A stretch of 64,000 nucleotides of DNA. Origin: Fibrobacteria bacterium. GTDB taxonomy: Bacteria > Fibrobacterota > Chitinivibrionia > Chitinivibrionales > FEN-1185. Shown in pieces: positions 9,897 to 19,077 of the stretch; position 1 is the first letter of the stretch; each line of letters starts with the position of its first letter. Position numbers and translations under genes: made by a program. The stretch lies in NCBI GenBank assembly GCA_037447435.1, contig JBBIGR010000020.1:10850-74849 (forward strand), written 5' to 3'. The notes beneath the pieces are model-generated. The model ran no database searches. It saw only the letters and a list, made by a program, of their open reading frames with translations, and was not told the DNA's origin.

Positions 9897-11483
9897 ATGA
9901 GTGGCAACAGAAAAAAAGTCTTATGGGCCGACGATGAAATCGAGTTTTTGAGAGCGCATATCATGTTCCTGGAAACAAGGGGCTACAGCGTTACGGCTGT
10001 GTTTTCGGGGCACGACGCGGTGCATTTGATTAAAGAGAATGTCAAGGCGTTCGATATCGTTTTGCTCGACGAACAGATGCCGGGAAAAGACGGTCTGACC
10101 ACGCTGGAGGAAATCAAGGAAATTGCGCCCGACATGCCGGTCGTGATGGTCACCAAAAGCGAAGAAGAACATCTGATGGACGAGGCCATGGGGAAAAAGA
10201 TAGACGGCTATCTGACCAAGCCGGTCAATCCGAGCCAGATTCTGTCGGTATGCAAGAAATTGCTCGATTCGAAGCAGATCATTTCTTCACAAACGGCAAG
10301 CAAATTCGTGCGCGCGTATTCCGAAACGAAAATGGCGCTCACCACGCATATGACCGCCAAAGACTGGGTGCGGTTGTTCGAGGGCCTTACGAATTGGGAC
10401 ATTCTGCTGGAATCGGTGGAAGACGAAGGCATACGCCAGGCCCATGCGGGCCAGAAGTCCGACTGCAATATAGCGTTTTCGGAATTCGTTTCGGAAAATT
10501 ATCTCCAGTGGATACGCGGCGAACAAAAGCCCCCCATACTTTCGCCGCAGGTGCTGGACACCTTTGTGCTGCCCAAGCTTGAGGAAGGCAAGAAGGTGTA
10601 CTTTGTCGTATTGTCGTGCATGCGGCTCGATCAATATTTTGCAATAGAGAATCTGTTGAAGCGGTTTTTCGACATAGAACGGCAGTATTACTTTTCGATT
10701 TTGCCCACTGCGGCGCCGTTTGCGCGGAACTCCCTGTTTGCCGGAAAATATCCCATAGACATTTCCGCCGATTTCCCCGAAATCTGGAAATCCCCTGCAG
10801 ACGACGGATTGGGTCTTAACAAATTCGAACAGCAGATGCTGGCGAATAAAATCGCGGCCGCGAAAATCGATGTGGGCGGAAAAGAACCCGAATACGTCAA
10901 GCTGCTGCAGGCCTCGGACTCCAAAGAATTCCTGAAAAAAATCAAGAATTACGAAAACGACCGCTTTGTTTCACTGGTCGTCAATTTTGTCGACATGCTG
11001 ACGCACAGCAGGTCGGAATCGTCGATATTGCAGGAAATAGCGCCCGATGAAATGGCGTTCCGCTCGCTCACGCAATCGTGGTTCCAGTTTTCGACGATTT
11101 TCAGCATATTGAAAGAGTTTGCAAAACAGGATTGCACCGTGGTGCTTACCACGGATCACGGCAGCACGCTTTGCACGAGAAGCACGCAGGTATACGGCGA
11201 ACGCGAGCAAACCAAAAACGTGCGGTATAAATTCGGCGAGAACATCATGTGCGACGAACGGCATGCGCTGTTTATTTCGGACCCGTCGTTGTTCAAATTG
11301 CCGCAATTCACGCCAAACACCACGTGTATTCTTGCAAATGAAAATTATTATTTTGTATACCCGGAAAAATCCGATCACTTTCAAAAGCAATATCAAAACA
11401 GTTTTCAGCACGGCGGTATTTCGATGGAAGAAATAATATTGCCATTGGCGATTATGACCCCCAAGGAATCGGGTCCAACTTAA
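9897..11483 (+). CDS. porX: Response regulator with PglZ/alkaline-phosphatase-fold domain (PorX-like)
   Basis: REC domain (WADDE, LLDEQMPG, TKP) plus FVDMLTHS, TTDHG and FQHGG motifs; followed by tsaE. Confidence 0.9.
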   Translation: MSGNRKKVLWADDEIEFLRAHIMFLETRGYSVTAVFSGHDAVHLIKENVKAFDIVLLDEQMPGKDGLTTLEEIKEIAPDMPVVMVTKSEEEHLMDEAMGKKIDGYLTKPVNPSQILSVCKKLLDSKQIISSQTASKFVRAYSETKMALTTHMTAKDWVRLFEGLTNWDILLESVEDEGIRQAHAGQKSDCNIAFSEFVSENYLQWIRGEQKPPILSPQVLDTFVLPKLEEGKKVYFVVLSCMRLDQYFAIENLLKRFFDIERQYYFSILPTAAPFARNSLFAGKYPIDISADFPEIWKSPADDGLGLNKFEQQMLANKIAAAKIDVGGKEPEYVKLLQASDSKEFLKKIKNYENDRFVSLVVNFVDMLTHSRSESSILQEIAPDEMAFRSLTQSWFQFSTIFSILKEFAKQDCTVVLTTDHGSTLCTRSTQVYGEREQTKNVRYKFGENIMCDERHALFISDPSLFKLPQFTPNTTCILANENYYFVYPEKSDHFQKQYQNSFQHGGISMEEIILPLAIMTPKESGPT

Positions 11484-11490
11484 TTAAATT

Positions 11491-11907
11491 ATGCAAAAAG
11501 AATTCATAACACATTCGGTTCAGGAAACCCGTTCATTGGGCGCACGCACGGCGCGTACGGCGATTGGCGGGGATGTTTTTGCGCTTATCGGCGAAATCGG
11601 TTGCGGAAAAACGGAATTTGTCCGCGGTTTTGTCGAAGAGCTTTGCGGACCTGCGGCGGTGCGCAGCCCGACCTTTTCTATTATCAACATCCACGAATCG
11701 GATGCCGTTTCCGTATTCCATTTCGATTTTTACCGCTTGAAAAGACGTGAAGAACTGCTTGAAATCGGCTACTACGATTACATCTGCTCCGACGGCATCG
11801 TTCTCATCGAATGGGCCGACATGTTTCCCGATGTTTTGCCCCGGACGACCCGTTCCATACGGTTTGTTGATATAGGAGATAATTCCAGGCAGATAATCAT
11901 GAGTTAG
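11491..11907 (+). CDS. tsaE: t6A biosynthesis ATPase TsaE
   Basis: GEIGCGKT, SPTF, HFDFYRL, IEWAD. Confidence 0.96.
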   Translation: MQKEFITHSVQETRSLGARTARTAIGGDVFALIGEIGCGKTEFVRGFVEELCGPAAVRSPTFSIINIHESDAVSVFHFDFYRLKRREELLEIGYYDYICSDGIVLIEWADMFPDVLPRTTRSIRFVDIGDNSRQIIMS

Positions 11908-11953
11908 AAGTAGGAAGTGGGAAGTTGGAAGTTCTTTTTACTCTTTACTCTTT
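11902..11953. repeat. Short degenerate 7-bp tandem repeats between convergent genes
   Basis: AGTTAGA AGTAGGA AGTGGGA AGTTGGA followed by TTACTCT TTACTCT. Confidence 0.6.
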
Positions 11954-12575
11954 AATTTTTAATTTTGACTATTGCCGTTATCGTCGAGGCTTTGCTGCGA
12001 GACGGTTTGAGGAAAAACTTATGCACTTTGATCGCCAAAAGCGCGATTTGCGTGGGGTTGCGCGGTAAGAAACCTTCGGGAAACAAGCTCGCATTTTCAT
12101 TCAAAAAATCCGCAGCAGCCAAAAGTGCGGCCTGCCGGGTAATGTCCTGTTTGTTGCTATATTCAAATTTCCAGCGCTTGCTTTGTTTGACTATTTTTTT
12201 TAAAACCCTGTCTTTGGGCATGATGCCCGTGGCCGGGAATATGCGGCAGTCGTAGAACCGGCAGGTACGCGGCCTGCATTCGTAAATGCCGCATTTTTTG
12301 TCGTGAAGCATGGGGCAATCGCCGTTTTCGAAATGCCCCAAAAGCATATGTCCTTTGGGTAAACCCGGCGCAGCGCAAAGAAGCTTTTTGGGAATATGGG
12401 CAAGGGTTTTTGTCTCAACGGGCCTGATATGGATGAAATACGACGATTGACAACAAGCGACACATCCTTCGCACGGCACGTCGATTCCCGTAAGATTTTC
12501 CAGGGAACCGCAGAGAGTGTCCAGCCAGGTCGAAAAATTGCCGGCCGGCAGTTCTTTTTGTTTGGAAGCCGTCAT
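11952..12575 (-). CDS. YkgJ family cysteine-cluster protein
   Basis: CEGCVACC...CPML...CGIYECRPRTCRFYDC. Confidence 0.9.
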   Translation of the reverse strand: MTASKQKELPAGNFSTWLDTLCGSLENLTGIDVPCEGCVACCQSSYFIHIRPVETKTLAHIPKKLLCAAPGLPKGHMLLGHFENGDCPMLHDKKCGIYECRPRTCRFYDCRIFPATGIMPKDRVLKKIVKQSKRWKFEYSNKQDITRQAALLAAADFLNENASLFPEGFLPRNPTQIALLAIKVHKFFLKPSRSKASTITAIVKIKN

Positions 12576-13825
12576 TTTTCCGCTGTCTGTTTACGTAAGT
12601 TCCTGGTGTTGGCCACGACCGCTTCGTGTATTTGCGAACGCCTGATTTTGGAAACGAGGATTTCGTAATTTTGCAAGGTAATACGGTCTTTTTGCTTAGG
12701 GCCTTTTTTCATTTGTCCCCGCATCCAGGCGTCGAGCGTTATCGGTTCGTCGGGGAATTCGGTTGATATTTTTTCATGAAGATCGGATAACGGCGTTGCG
12801 CCGCCGACCTGAAACCGCTGATCGGGCATGGCGCGGATAAAACGGGGCAAAATATCGAATTCGTCCTGAATTTCGCCGATGACCTCTTCGATTATGTCTT
12901 CGAGCGTGATCAGACCGCTTACCGTACCTTTCGCGTTTTTCGCGATGGCAATGTGATGATGTCCCTGAATCATTTTGTTAAGCACGATAGACGAGCTTTC
13001 GGAATCCGAAACAAAAAGCATCGGCCGCATGACCCCTTTTAAAGACGGGTCTTTCGGATTGATATGCAATGCGATCACGATGTCCTTGAAATTGACATAC
13101 CCGATAACGCTGTCTATGGAATCGGTTTCGACAAGCGGGTAACGCGTATGATAATGATGATGCGCGGCAATGAGCGCGTCGGTAAGGGTCATGGAACTTG
13201 CGAGAAATTTTATCACGTCGCGCGGCATCATGACATCGGCGATTTTCGTTTTCGAAAGATCGATGCCTTTCATCACAAGCTTTGCCTGTTCTTTACTGAT
13301 GAGCTTGTTGAGCGCGGCAAAGCGAGTCAGCACGTTGATGTCGTCGAGCGCGTCGCCCGTGTTGGTTTTGCGTCTGCCGGTGAACGGCCGCGCGAATACC
13401 TGGGTTATCCATAAAACCGGCGTCAATGCGACGACCAGGAATTTCAAGGGAAAACCGAAAACCCGCGCGATGAGACGGTTATGCTTATATCCCAATGTCT
13501 TTGGCACGATTTCGGACCATTGAATAATCATGAGCGCAAGCACGACGGAAAAAAGGCCTATCCATTTTGACCCGAAAAGGTTGCCGAAACAAACGCCGGA
13601 TAGCGAGGCGCCGACCGTATTTGCAAACGTGTTGATTATCAGAATCACCGCAATGGGCTTTTGAATATTTTCCCTGAAGTTTTTCCATATCGAGCCGATG
13701 AGCGGCTGTTTCTCGGAAATTTTGGCAATGTCCGCAAGCGACAGGCTCATGAGGCATGCTTCGAGCAATGAGCATAAAAATGCGAGCGACATGGTGATCA
13801 GAACTATTGCAACGAATATAAACAC
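12572..13825 (-). CDS. CNNM/CorC (hemolysin-family) membrane protein with CBS pair
   Basis: CSLLEA, SEIVPKT, CBS motifs (TRYPL, ITLEDIIEE), CorC C-terminus; GTG start with AGGAG SD. Confidence 0.92.
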   Translation of the reverse strand: MFIFVAIVLITMSLAFLCSLLEACLMSLSLADIAKISEKQPLIGSIWKNFRENIQKPIAVILIINTFANTVGASLSGVCFGNLFGSKWIGLFSVVLALMIIQWSEIVPKTLGYKHNRLIARVFGFPLKFLVVALTPVLWITQVFARPFTGRRKTNTGDALDDINVLTRFAALNKLISKEQAKLVMKGIDLSKTKIADVMMPRDVIKFLASSMTLTDALIAAHHHYHTRYPLVETDSIDSVIGYVNFKDIVIALHINPKDPSLKGVMRPMLFVSDSESSSIVLNKMIQGHHHIAIAKNAKGTVSGLITLEDIIEEVIGEIQDEFDILPRFIRAMPDQRFQVGGATPLSDLHEKISTEFPDEPITLDAWMRGQMKKGPKQKDRITLQNYEILVSKIRRSQIHEAVVANTRNLRKQTAEK

Positions 13826-13879
13826 CGATACTCCTAAACTGTGGGATGTGCTATTACAGGAAATATACTACATCGGAGG

Positions 13880-15697
13880 TTATTTGAACACGACCCCTAC
13901 CAGCCAGGTTGACAAAAACGGCAAATAGGTTATGGCCAGGACCGCGGCGAGAAGCAGTATGACAAAGGGAAAAATGTGCCTGTACATTTTAGCCATGGAT
14001 TCGTTGAAACGGTACGAACCGAGCTGCAAATTGATGCCGACCGGCGGCATGAGATAGCCGATTTCCAGATTGGTCAAAAAGATGATTCCCAGATGAAGCG
14101 GCGCGATTCCGAACGCATTCCCCAGCGGAGCGATAAGGGGGACGATGACGATGATCGCGGAGAATATATCCATAAAGCAACCGACGACCAGCAGCGCGGC
14201 GTTCAGAAGCAACAAAAAAACGTATTTGGACTGTATATGGGCCTGCGCCCATGCCGAAAGCGAGGTGGGGATTTGCGCGTCTATGATGCAATACGACAGT
14301 CCCTTTGCAACCGCAAGAATGGTCAAAACGCCGCCGACCATGGGCACGCAGGCGCGCATCGCTTTGGGAAGGTTGAAAATGGTGATGTCTTTTTTTATCA
14401 GGACTTCGACGACCACGACATAGACAACCGTGATCGCGCTCATTTCGACAAGCGTGAAAATGCCTTTGAAAAATCCTATCAGAATGAAAATCGGCAATAC
14501 TATTTCCCATATCGCGTCGGCAAAGGCGCGTATCGCTTCGGAGAATTTGAACGGGACCGGTTTGATGTTGTTTTTCCGCGAATTGAAAATCCCCAGGGCC
14601 GACATTATAAGAATGATGAAAATCCCGGGTAAAATCCCGGCCACGAACAGATGGCGGATATTGACATGCGAAACCACGCCGTATAAAATGACCGCCAGGC
14701 TCGGCGGGAACAAAAGCCCGAGGCTTCCGCACGAGGTGATGAATCCGATCGAAAATTCACGTTTGTAACCGCTTTGGACAAGGATGTACGAGAGCAACCC
14801 GCCGAGGGCGATGACCGTGACTCCCGACGCGCCGGTGAAGGTGGTGAAAAAAGCGCTGACCATGATCGCCATGATGGTCAGGCCGCCCGGCATCCAGCCG
14901 AACGTGGTCTGGAAAAGCCTGACCAACCGCCGGCCGGCCTTGCTTTCGGAAAGAAGATAGCCGGCGAGCGCGAACAGGGGAATGGTCGGAATCGTGGGGC
15001 CCGTGAGCATGGTATAGGCTTCGTTCGCCAAAGTCGCCGTTTCACCCACGCTTTGCAAAAGATACAGTTGCGCTATTCCGCCGAGCACCACGAAAATCGG
15101 CGCTCCTGCGGCAAGCGACAGCGCAAGGCAAATCCCCAGCGGCCAGGCAAGATGCGGCAGCTGCGGCGCCAGCACGGTCGAAAGCAGTATCGGGACGCAT
15201 GCGCCCGACATCGCCGCGAATTTGTATATAATTCCCCGCGGGGCTTTGGCCACGAAACGAAGCGCCATGATACCGAAACCGACGGGCATGATGAACGCCA
15301 CATATTGCGTTTTAATAAAACCGACTTTAAGAGATTCGTCGAGACCGAGGCGAATGAAATTATAGGATGCGATGACGAAACCCGTGGTAACGGCGACCGC
15401 GACGAACGCGGTGACGGTTTTGATTCCCGTTTGGACGGCCTGGGGAAATCGTTCCAAAGCGGCCGCAACAGAGAGATGGCGGTTTTCCCGCGAGGCGAAC
15501 ATGCCGCCGACAAAGGTTATCCACAGCACGCAATGCTGTATGATATCGGTCGAGGCGTAGACTCCGGTTTTAAAAAAGGTGCGGGCGATTATTTCACAAA
15601 CAGGAAAAAGGCTGAGCAGGGAAAGGATGACCACGGCGACCGTGTTTTCGGCGCCGTGAAATATTCGTTTGCCAATGGACATCGTTGCGTTGACCAT
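13880..15697 (-). CDS. TRAP transporter fused small and large permease (DctQM)
   Basis: DctQ-like N-terminus (ENRHLSV); DctM motifs IPLFALAG, GLLFPPS, LMPPVGINL. Confidence 0.93.
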   Translation of the reverse strand: MVNATMSIGKRIFHGAENTVAVVILSLLSLFPVCEIIARTFFKTGVYASTDIIQHCVLWITFVGGMFASRENRHLSVAAALERFPQAVQTGIKTVTAFVAVAVTTGFVIASYNFIRLGLDESLKVGFIKTQYVAFIMPVGFGIMALRFVAKAPRGIIYKFAAMSGACVPILLSTVLAPQLPHLAWPLGICLALSLAAGAPIFVVLGGIAQLYLLQSVGETATLANEAYTMLTGPTIPTIPLFALAGYLLSESKAGRRLVRLFQTTFGWMPGGLTIMAIMVSAFFTTFTGASGVTVIALGGLLSYILVQSGYKREFSIGFITSCGSLGLLFPPSLAVILYGVVSHVNIRHLFVAGILPGIFIILIMSALGIFNSRKNNIKPVPFKFSEAIRAFADAIWEIVLPIFILIGFFKGIFTLVEMSAITVVYVVVVEVLIKKDITIFNLPKAMRACVPMVGGVLTILAVAKGLSYCIIDAQIPTSLSAWAQAHIQSKYVFLLLLNAALLVVGCFMDIFSAIIVIVPLIAPLGNAFGIAPLHLGIIFLTNLEIGYLMPPVGINLQLGSYRFNESMAKMYRHIFPFVILLLAAVLAITYLPFLSTWLVGVVFK

Positions 15698-15703
15698 ACG
15701 GAG

Positions 15704-16717
15704 CTATTTTTTCCGGGTTGCACGGTATTCATTGACGAATTTTTTTACTGTTTCGTAAAGGTCTTTGGCCGAATTTTTAAGCAGGCCCTTGGTGATGCCG
15801 CCCTCGATGGCCGATTTCCATGCCTCTACCGACGCTTTGGGTACCGCATTGACAACCAGGCCGTTTTGCTTCATGATCGTCATTGCCGATTCGTCGGCCT
15901 TGAGAATGTCGGCCTGCATGTCGGAGCCTATTTGCGTTGCGCACGCTTCGAGCTTTGCGGCGGTTTCGGGCGGAATCTTCGACCATACCGACGTCGAAAC
16001 CACAACGCCGCCGATAAGCGGCGCCCAATTCATGTCGCACATGTTCTTTGCCAGGCCGAACCACTGATACGACGCGGCCGAAAGGGGAGTCGTCGAAAAC
16101 GCGTCGATCATCCCGCTTTGTAAAGAAGGCATGATGTCGGTCGGCGTCAGGGGGACGACATGGAAACCGCTTTCTTTCCAAACTTGAGCCGCGTCCGCAT
16201 CGCCGGCCCATACGAACAGCTTTTGTTTTTTCAAATCGTCCGGGCCAATGACCGGAACCTTGGAAAAGAAATGAACCCATCCGACAAAAGTCCAGATGAC
16301 CACTTTAAATCCGCGTTTTTCCAGCTCGGCCGAAAAAGCGGGTTTCATTTTTTCAAGCACAAAACGGAGTTCTTCGTTGCTTTGTATGAGCAGCGGCATC
16401 TGTATGGCCGCGATGTCCGGATAAATCCTGCTGAGGCCTACGCCGGTCATTCCCGCTGCAGACAGCTGGCCGATGCGGATTTTGCGCGTCATGTCGGCTT
16501 CATCGCCGACAATCCCGCCCGGATAAATTTTCAGCGTCACGCTGCCGCCTGAAATTTTTTCCCATTCCGCGCCGAGCTTATTCAATCCTTTGTCCCAGGG
16601 TGAGCCGGCAGGCGCCAGGCTGCCGAGCTTTATGGTGAGGGCATTAGCCGCAGGGCAAAACGATACTATGCAAACGGCAACGAAAAGAATAAGTGTCGGG
16701 AATGTGCGAAACGTCAT
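15704..16717 (-). CDS. dctP: TRAP substrate-binding protein (DctP/TatP)
   Basis: Signal peptide; IKLGSLAPAGSPW, YPGGIVGDE, SLQSGMID. Confidence 0.92.
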   Translation of the reverse strand: MTFRTFPTLILFVAVCIVSFCPAANALTIKLGSLAPAGSPWDKGLNKLGAEWEKISGGSVTLKIYPGGIVGDEADMTRKIRIGQLSAAGMTGVGLSRIYPDIAAIQMPLLIQSNEELRFVLEKMKPAFSAELEKRGFKVVIWTFVGWVHFFSKVPVIGPDDLKKQKLFVWAGDADAAQVWKESGFHVVPLTPTDIMPSLQSGMIDAFSTTPLSAASYQWFGLAKNMCDMNWAPLIGGVVVSTSVWSKIPPETAAKLEACATQIGSDMQADILKADESAMTIMKQNGLVVNAVPKASVEAWKSAIEGGITKGLLKNSAKDLYETVKKFVNEYRATRKK

Positions 16718-17658
16718 TTGGCAGAGTCTCCTTCTGCTGAGAGAAAATAATTGTCCGAATGGTCAAGCAGCCAGCGTGCTTTTTGCTGGTTCAGGACATT
16801 GACCAGCCTGTTTGCCGTGCTTTTATTGACATCGATGCGCAAGGCGGTTTGCAATAAAGATTTGAATTCGGTTGCGTTTTGCGTCTTGACGCAAACCGTG
16901 GTTGCCAGCGCGATATACGGTGACAACTTTAATCCGTGGGAATATTCGACCGCTTTGGCGAAATGATACCGTGCCTTGGCCTCGCTGCCGCCCATGGCTT
17001 CGGGCATGCCGCCGTAATACGAGATGAAAAAATCGTGTGCCGCGCCTTCTCCGTACGAGTCGTTGATTTCCAAAACTTTGCAAAGCATGGCATAGGCTTT
17101 CGGGATGTCCATGCTCAGGCCCACGTCCGCTTTGTCTGCGGTGAATGCCGCCATCCACGACATTCCCGCCCAATACAAATACGAGGTGTCTTTCGCATGC
17201 ATGTCGTGCAGTGCCGCGGCCATATCGCCTTTATCGATATTTGCAAGAAAGTTTTTATGTCTGATATTTATTGCGGCAAGGATATTGTCGCGTCCCCGCA
17301 AATACAGATGTTTGGCCCTGGATAGCATTTCTTCTTTTTGGGCCAGGTCGTTATAGCCGAGCTGTTCCGCAGGCATTTGTATGAACGCGTACGCATACAT
17401 GCAAAGCGCTTTTCCCGTAGTCAAAAGAAGCTGGGGGTTTTTGGGAGATCCGGCGAGCAATGATTCGTACAGTTTAATGGCAAAAGGCAGCGCGTCACCA
17501 ACCAGCTCGGGATCATCGTCTCCGGTAAAAACGCTGGAGCCGCTTTCTTTGGCAAGCGATGATGCGACGATGTTGATTGTTGTTTTCTTTACCGAACAGC
17601 CGAATTGCCCAAGGGCCAAGCAAAGTATTGAGATTCCTAAAATGAATTTAAAGCGCAT
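16714..17658 (-). CDS. TRAP T-component lipoprotein (TatT)
   Basis: Lipobox-like FGC; DDDPELVGDALPFAIKLYESL; helical TPR-like body; upstream of dctP. Confidence 0.88.
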   Translation of the reverse strand: MRFKFILGISILCLALGQFGCSVKKTTINIVASSLAKESGSSVFTGDDDPELVGDALPFAIKLYESLLAGSPKNPQLLLTTGKALCMYAYAFIQMPAEQLGYNDLAQKEEMLSRAKHLYLRGRDNILAAINIRHKNFLANIDKGDMAAALHDMHAKDTSYLYWAGMSWMAAFTADKADVGLSMDIPKAYAMLCKVLEINDSYGEGAAHDFFISYYGGMPEAMGGSEAKARYHFAKAVEYSHGLKLSPYIALATTVCVKTQNATEFKSLLQTALRIDVNKSTANRLVNVLNQQKARWLLDHSDNYFLSAEGDSAK

Positions 17659-17849
17659 AACTACATTCCAATATACTTTTTAAACCGGTAAAATCATAAT
17701 TAGTAATTGATTAATAACGTATCGCACAGCAAGGGATATTAAAGAACATTTTGATAAATCGCCTTGCCTATGCCTTGGAGATTATCGTATCCTACATATA
17801 TTTTTTAATTGTTCCTTATAATGTGCCAATAAATCAAAAAGGAGCTTTG

Positions 17850-18374
17850 ATGAAATTCAATTTCGATGCCGCAATCAGAAAAGTCCCGGATTTTCCAAAA
17901 CCCGGAATTTTATTTTACGATGTCACCAGCATATTTACAAGTCCTGCGGCATACAAAGCCGCCATCGATGAAATGGTGGATCTGTATAAAAACGTTGCGG
18001 TCGACGGAGTAATTGCCATCGAAAGCAGAGGGTTTTTATTGGGTTCCTGCTTTGCATATCAGAGATCCGTGCCGCTTGTTTTGGCGCGTAAAAAGGGGAA
18101 ATTGCCGGGGAAAACCGTTGAGGAAAGTTATAAGCTGGAATACGGCGAAGCCACATTGCAAATTCATTCCGCAGATTTGGTCAAGGGAAATTGGCTTATC
18201 ATCGATGATTTGATCGCGACCGGCGGGACCATCGAAGCGGTTGCAAAAATGATCGAACGTCAAGGTGGAACCGTTGCCGGCGTTTTCGGCGTCATCGGGT
18301 TGCCGTTCCTTAACTTTGCGGCAAAAATCGGTAAATACGGCCCCAAAACACTCATCGATTATCACGGCGAATAG
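17850..18374 (+). CDS. apt: Adenine phosphoribosyltransferase
   Basis: PDFPKPGILFYD, ESRGF, RKKGKLP, YKLEYG, IIDDLIATGGT; AAGGAG SD. Confidence 0.97.
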   Translation: MKFNFDAAIRKVPDFPKPGILFYDVTSIFTSPAAYKAAIDEMVDLYKNVAVDGVIAIESRGFLLGSCFAYQRSVPLVLARKKGKLPGKTVEESYKLEYGEATLQIHSADLVKGNWLIIDDLIATGGTIEAVAKMIERQGGTVAGVFGVIGLPFLNFAAKIGKYGPKTLIDYHGE

Positions 18375-18389
18375 CACGGCTTAAACTGT

Positions 18390-18848
18390 ATGGAGTTTCG
18401 CCTTTATAAGGAACCGTATCACGAACCGTTCTTTCCGGGCAAGATACGGCTCCTGTTCGAATCGACGGCATCTCTGGACAACAATGGGGAGCGCGGCAAC
18501 GATTTGTATTTGTACCTGTGGATAGACAACGGGAACTTTCTTTCCGCATTTCAGGCTGTTTTGGATGAAGACCTGGTTTTAGACTTTCATGCGCCCGACA
18601 AACTCGAATTTTCCAGGATCACAGCAAAACCCATTAAGCGGTCGATGGCCAGGACTATCGACGACAATGAAAAGAAACGGTTCCTCTCTTTGCTTTCCGA
18701 TATAAAAGGTACTGAGTTTGCCCGGCTTTTAACGACAGTTGACGAAATCGTGCATTCGGACGGCAATGATTTTCCCGTATGCGATTTGACGCAGGAAGAT
18801 CGCGCAATGCTTGCGGAACTTGAAAAGAAAACAGGCAAAAACCAATAA
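18390..18848 (+). CDS. Hypothetical protein
   Basis: 152-aa ORF co-oriented 15 bp after apt; no recognised motif. Confidence 0.7.
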   Translation: MEFRLYKEPYHEPFFPGKIRLLFESTASLDNNGERGNDLYLYLWIDNGNFLSAFQAVLDEDLVLDFHAPDKLEFSRITAKPIKRSMARTIDDNEKKRFLSLLSDIKGTEFARLLTTVDEIVHSDGNDFPVCDLTQEDRAMLAELEKKTGKNQ

Positions 18849-18855
18849 TGAAACC

Positions 18856-19042
18856 CACGGAACTGTTCCCGTTTCAACCATCGGACTTCCCCAATCCGTT
18901 GCTTCGCAACTGGATAGTTTTAGCTGAGATCATATCTGCACGTTTCGTGCAGATATTTTCTATGATAGTCACTAACTCGTCCCATTTCATGGGACTCAAA
19001 CAGGGAGCCCTGTCCTTTGGCTGAAACGGGAACAGTTCCGTG
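18856..19042. mobile_element. 187-bp structured element with 21-bp terminal inverted repeats (MITE-like or ncRNA)
   Basis: cacggaactgttcccgtttca (18856-18876) is the exact reverse complement of 19022-19042; three internal hairpins. Confidence 0.65.
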
Positions 19043-19077
19043 TGAGTCGTTTTATATATGAACTGAGGAAAACCGGT

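Noticed and set aside
14774..16123. 449-aa plus-strand ORF
   Set aside because: Antisense shadow of dctP/dctQM; Arg/Gly-rich with no motifs
18856..19077. T-box riboswitch upstream of asnS
   Set aside because: No T-box consensus (GGTGGNACC) and no terminator U tract
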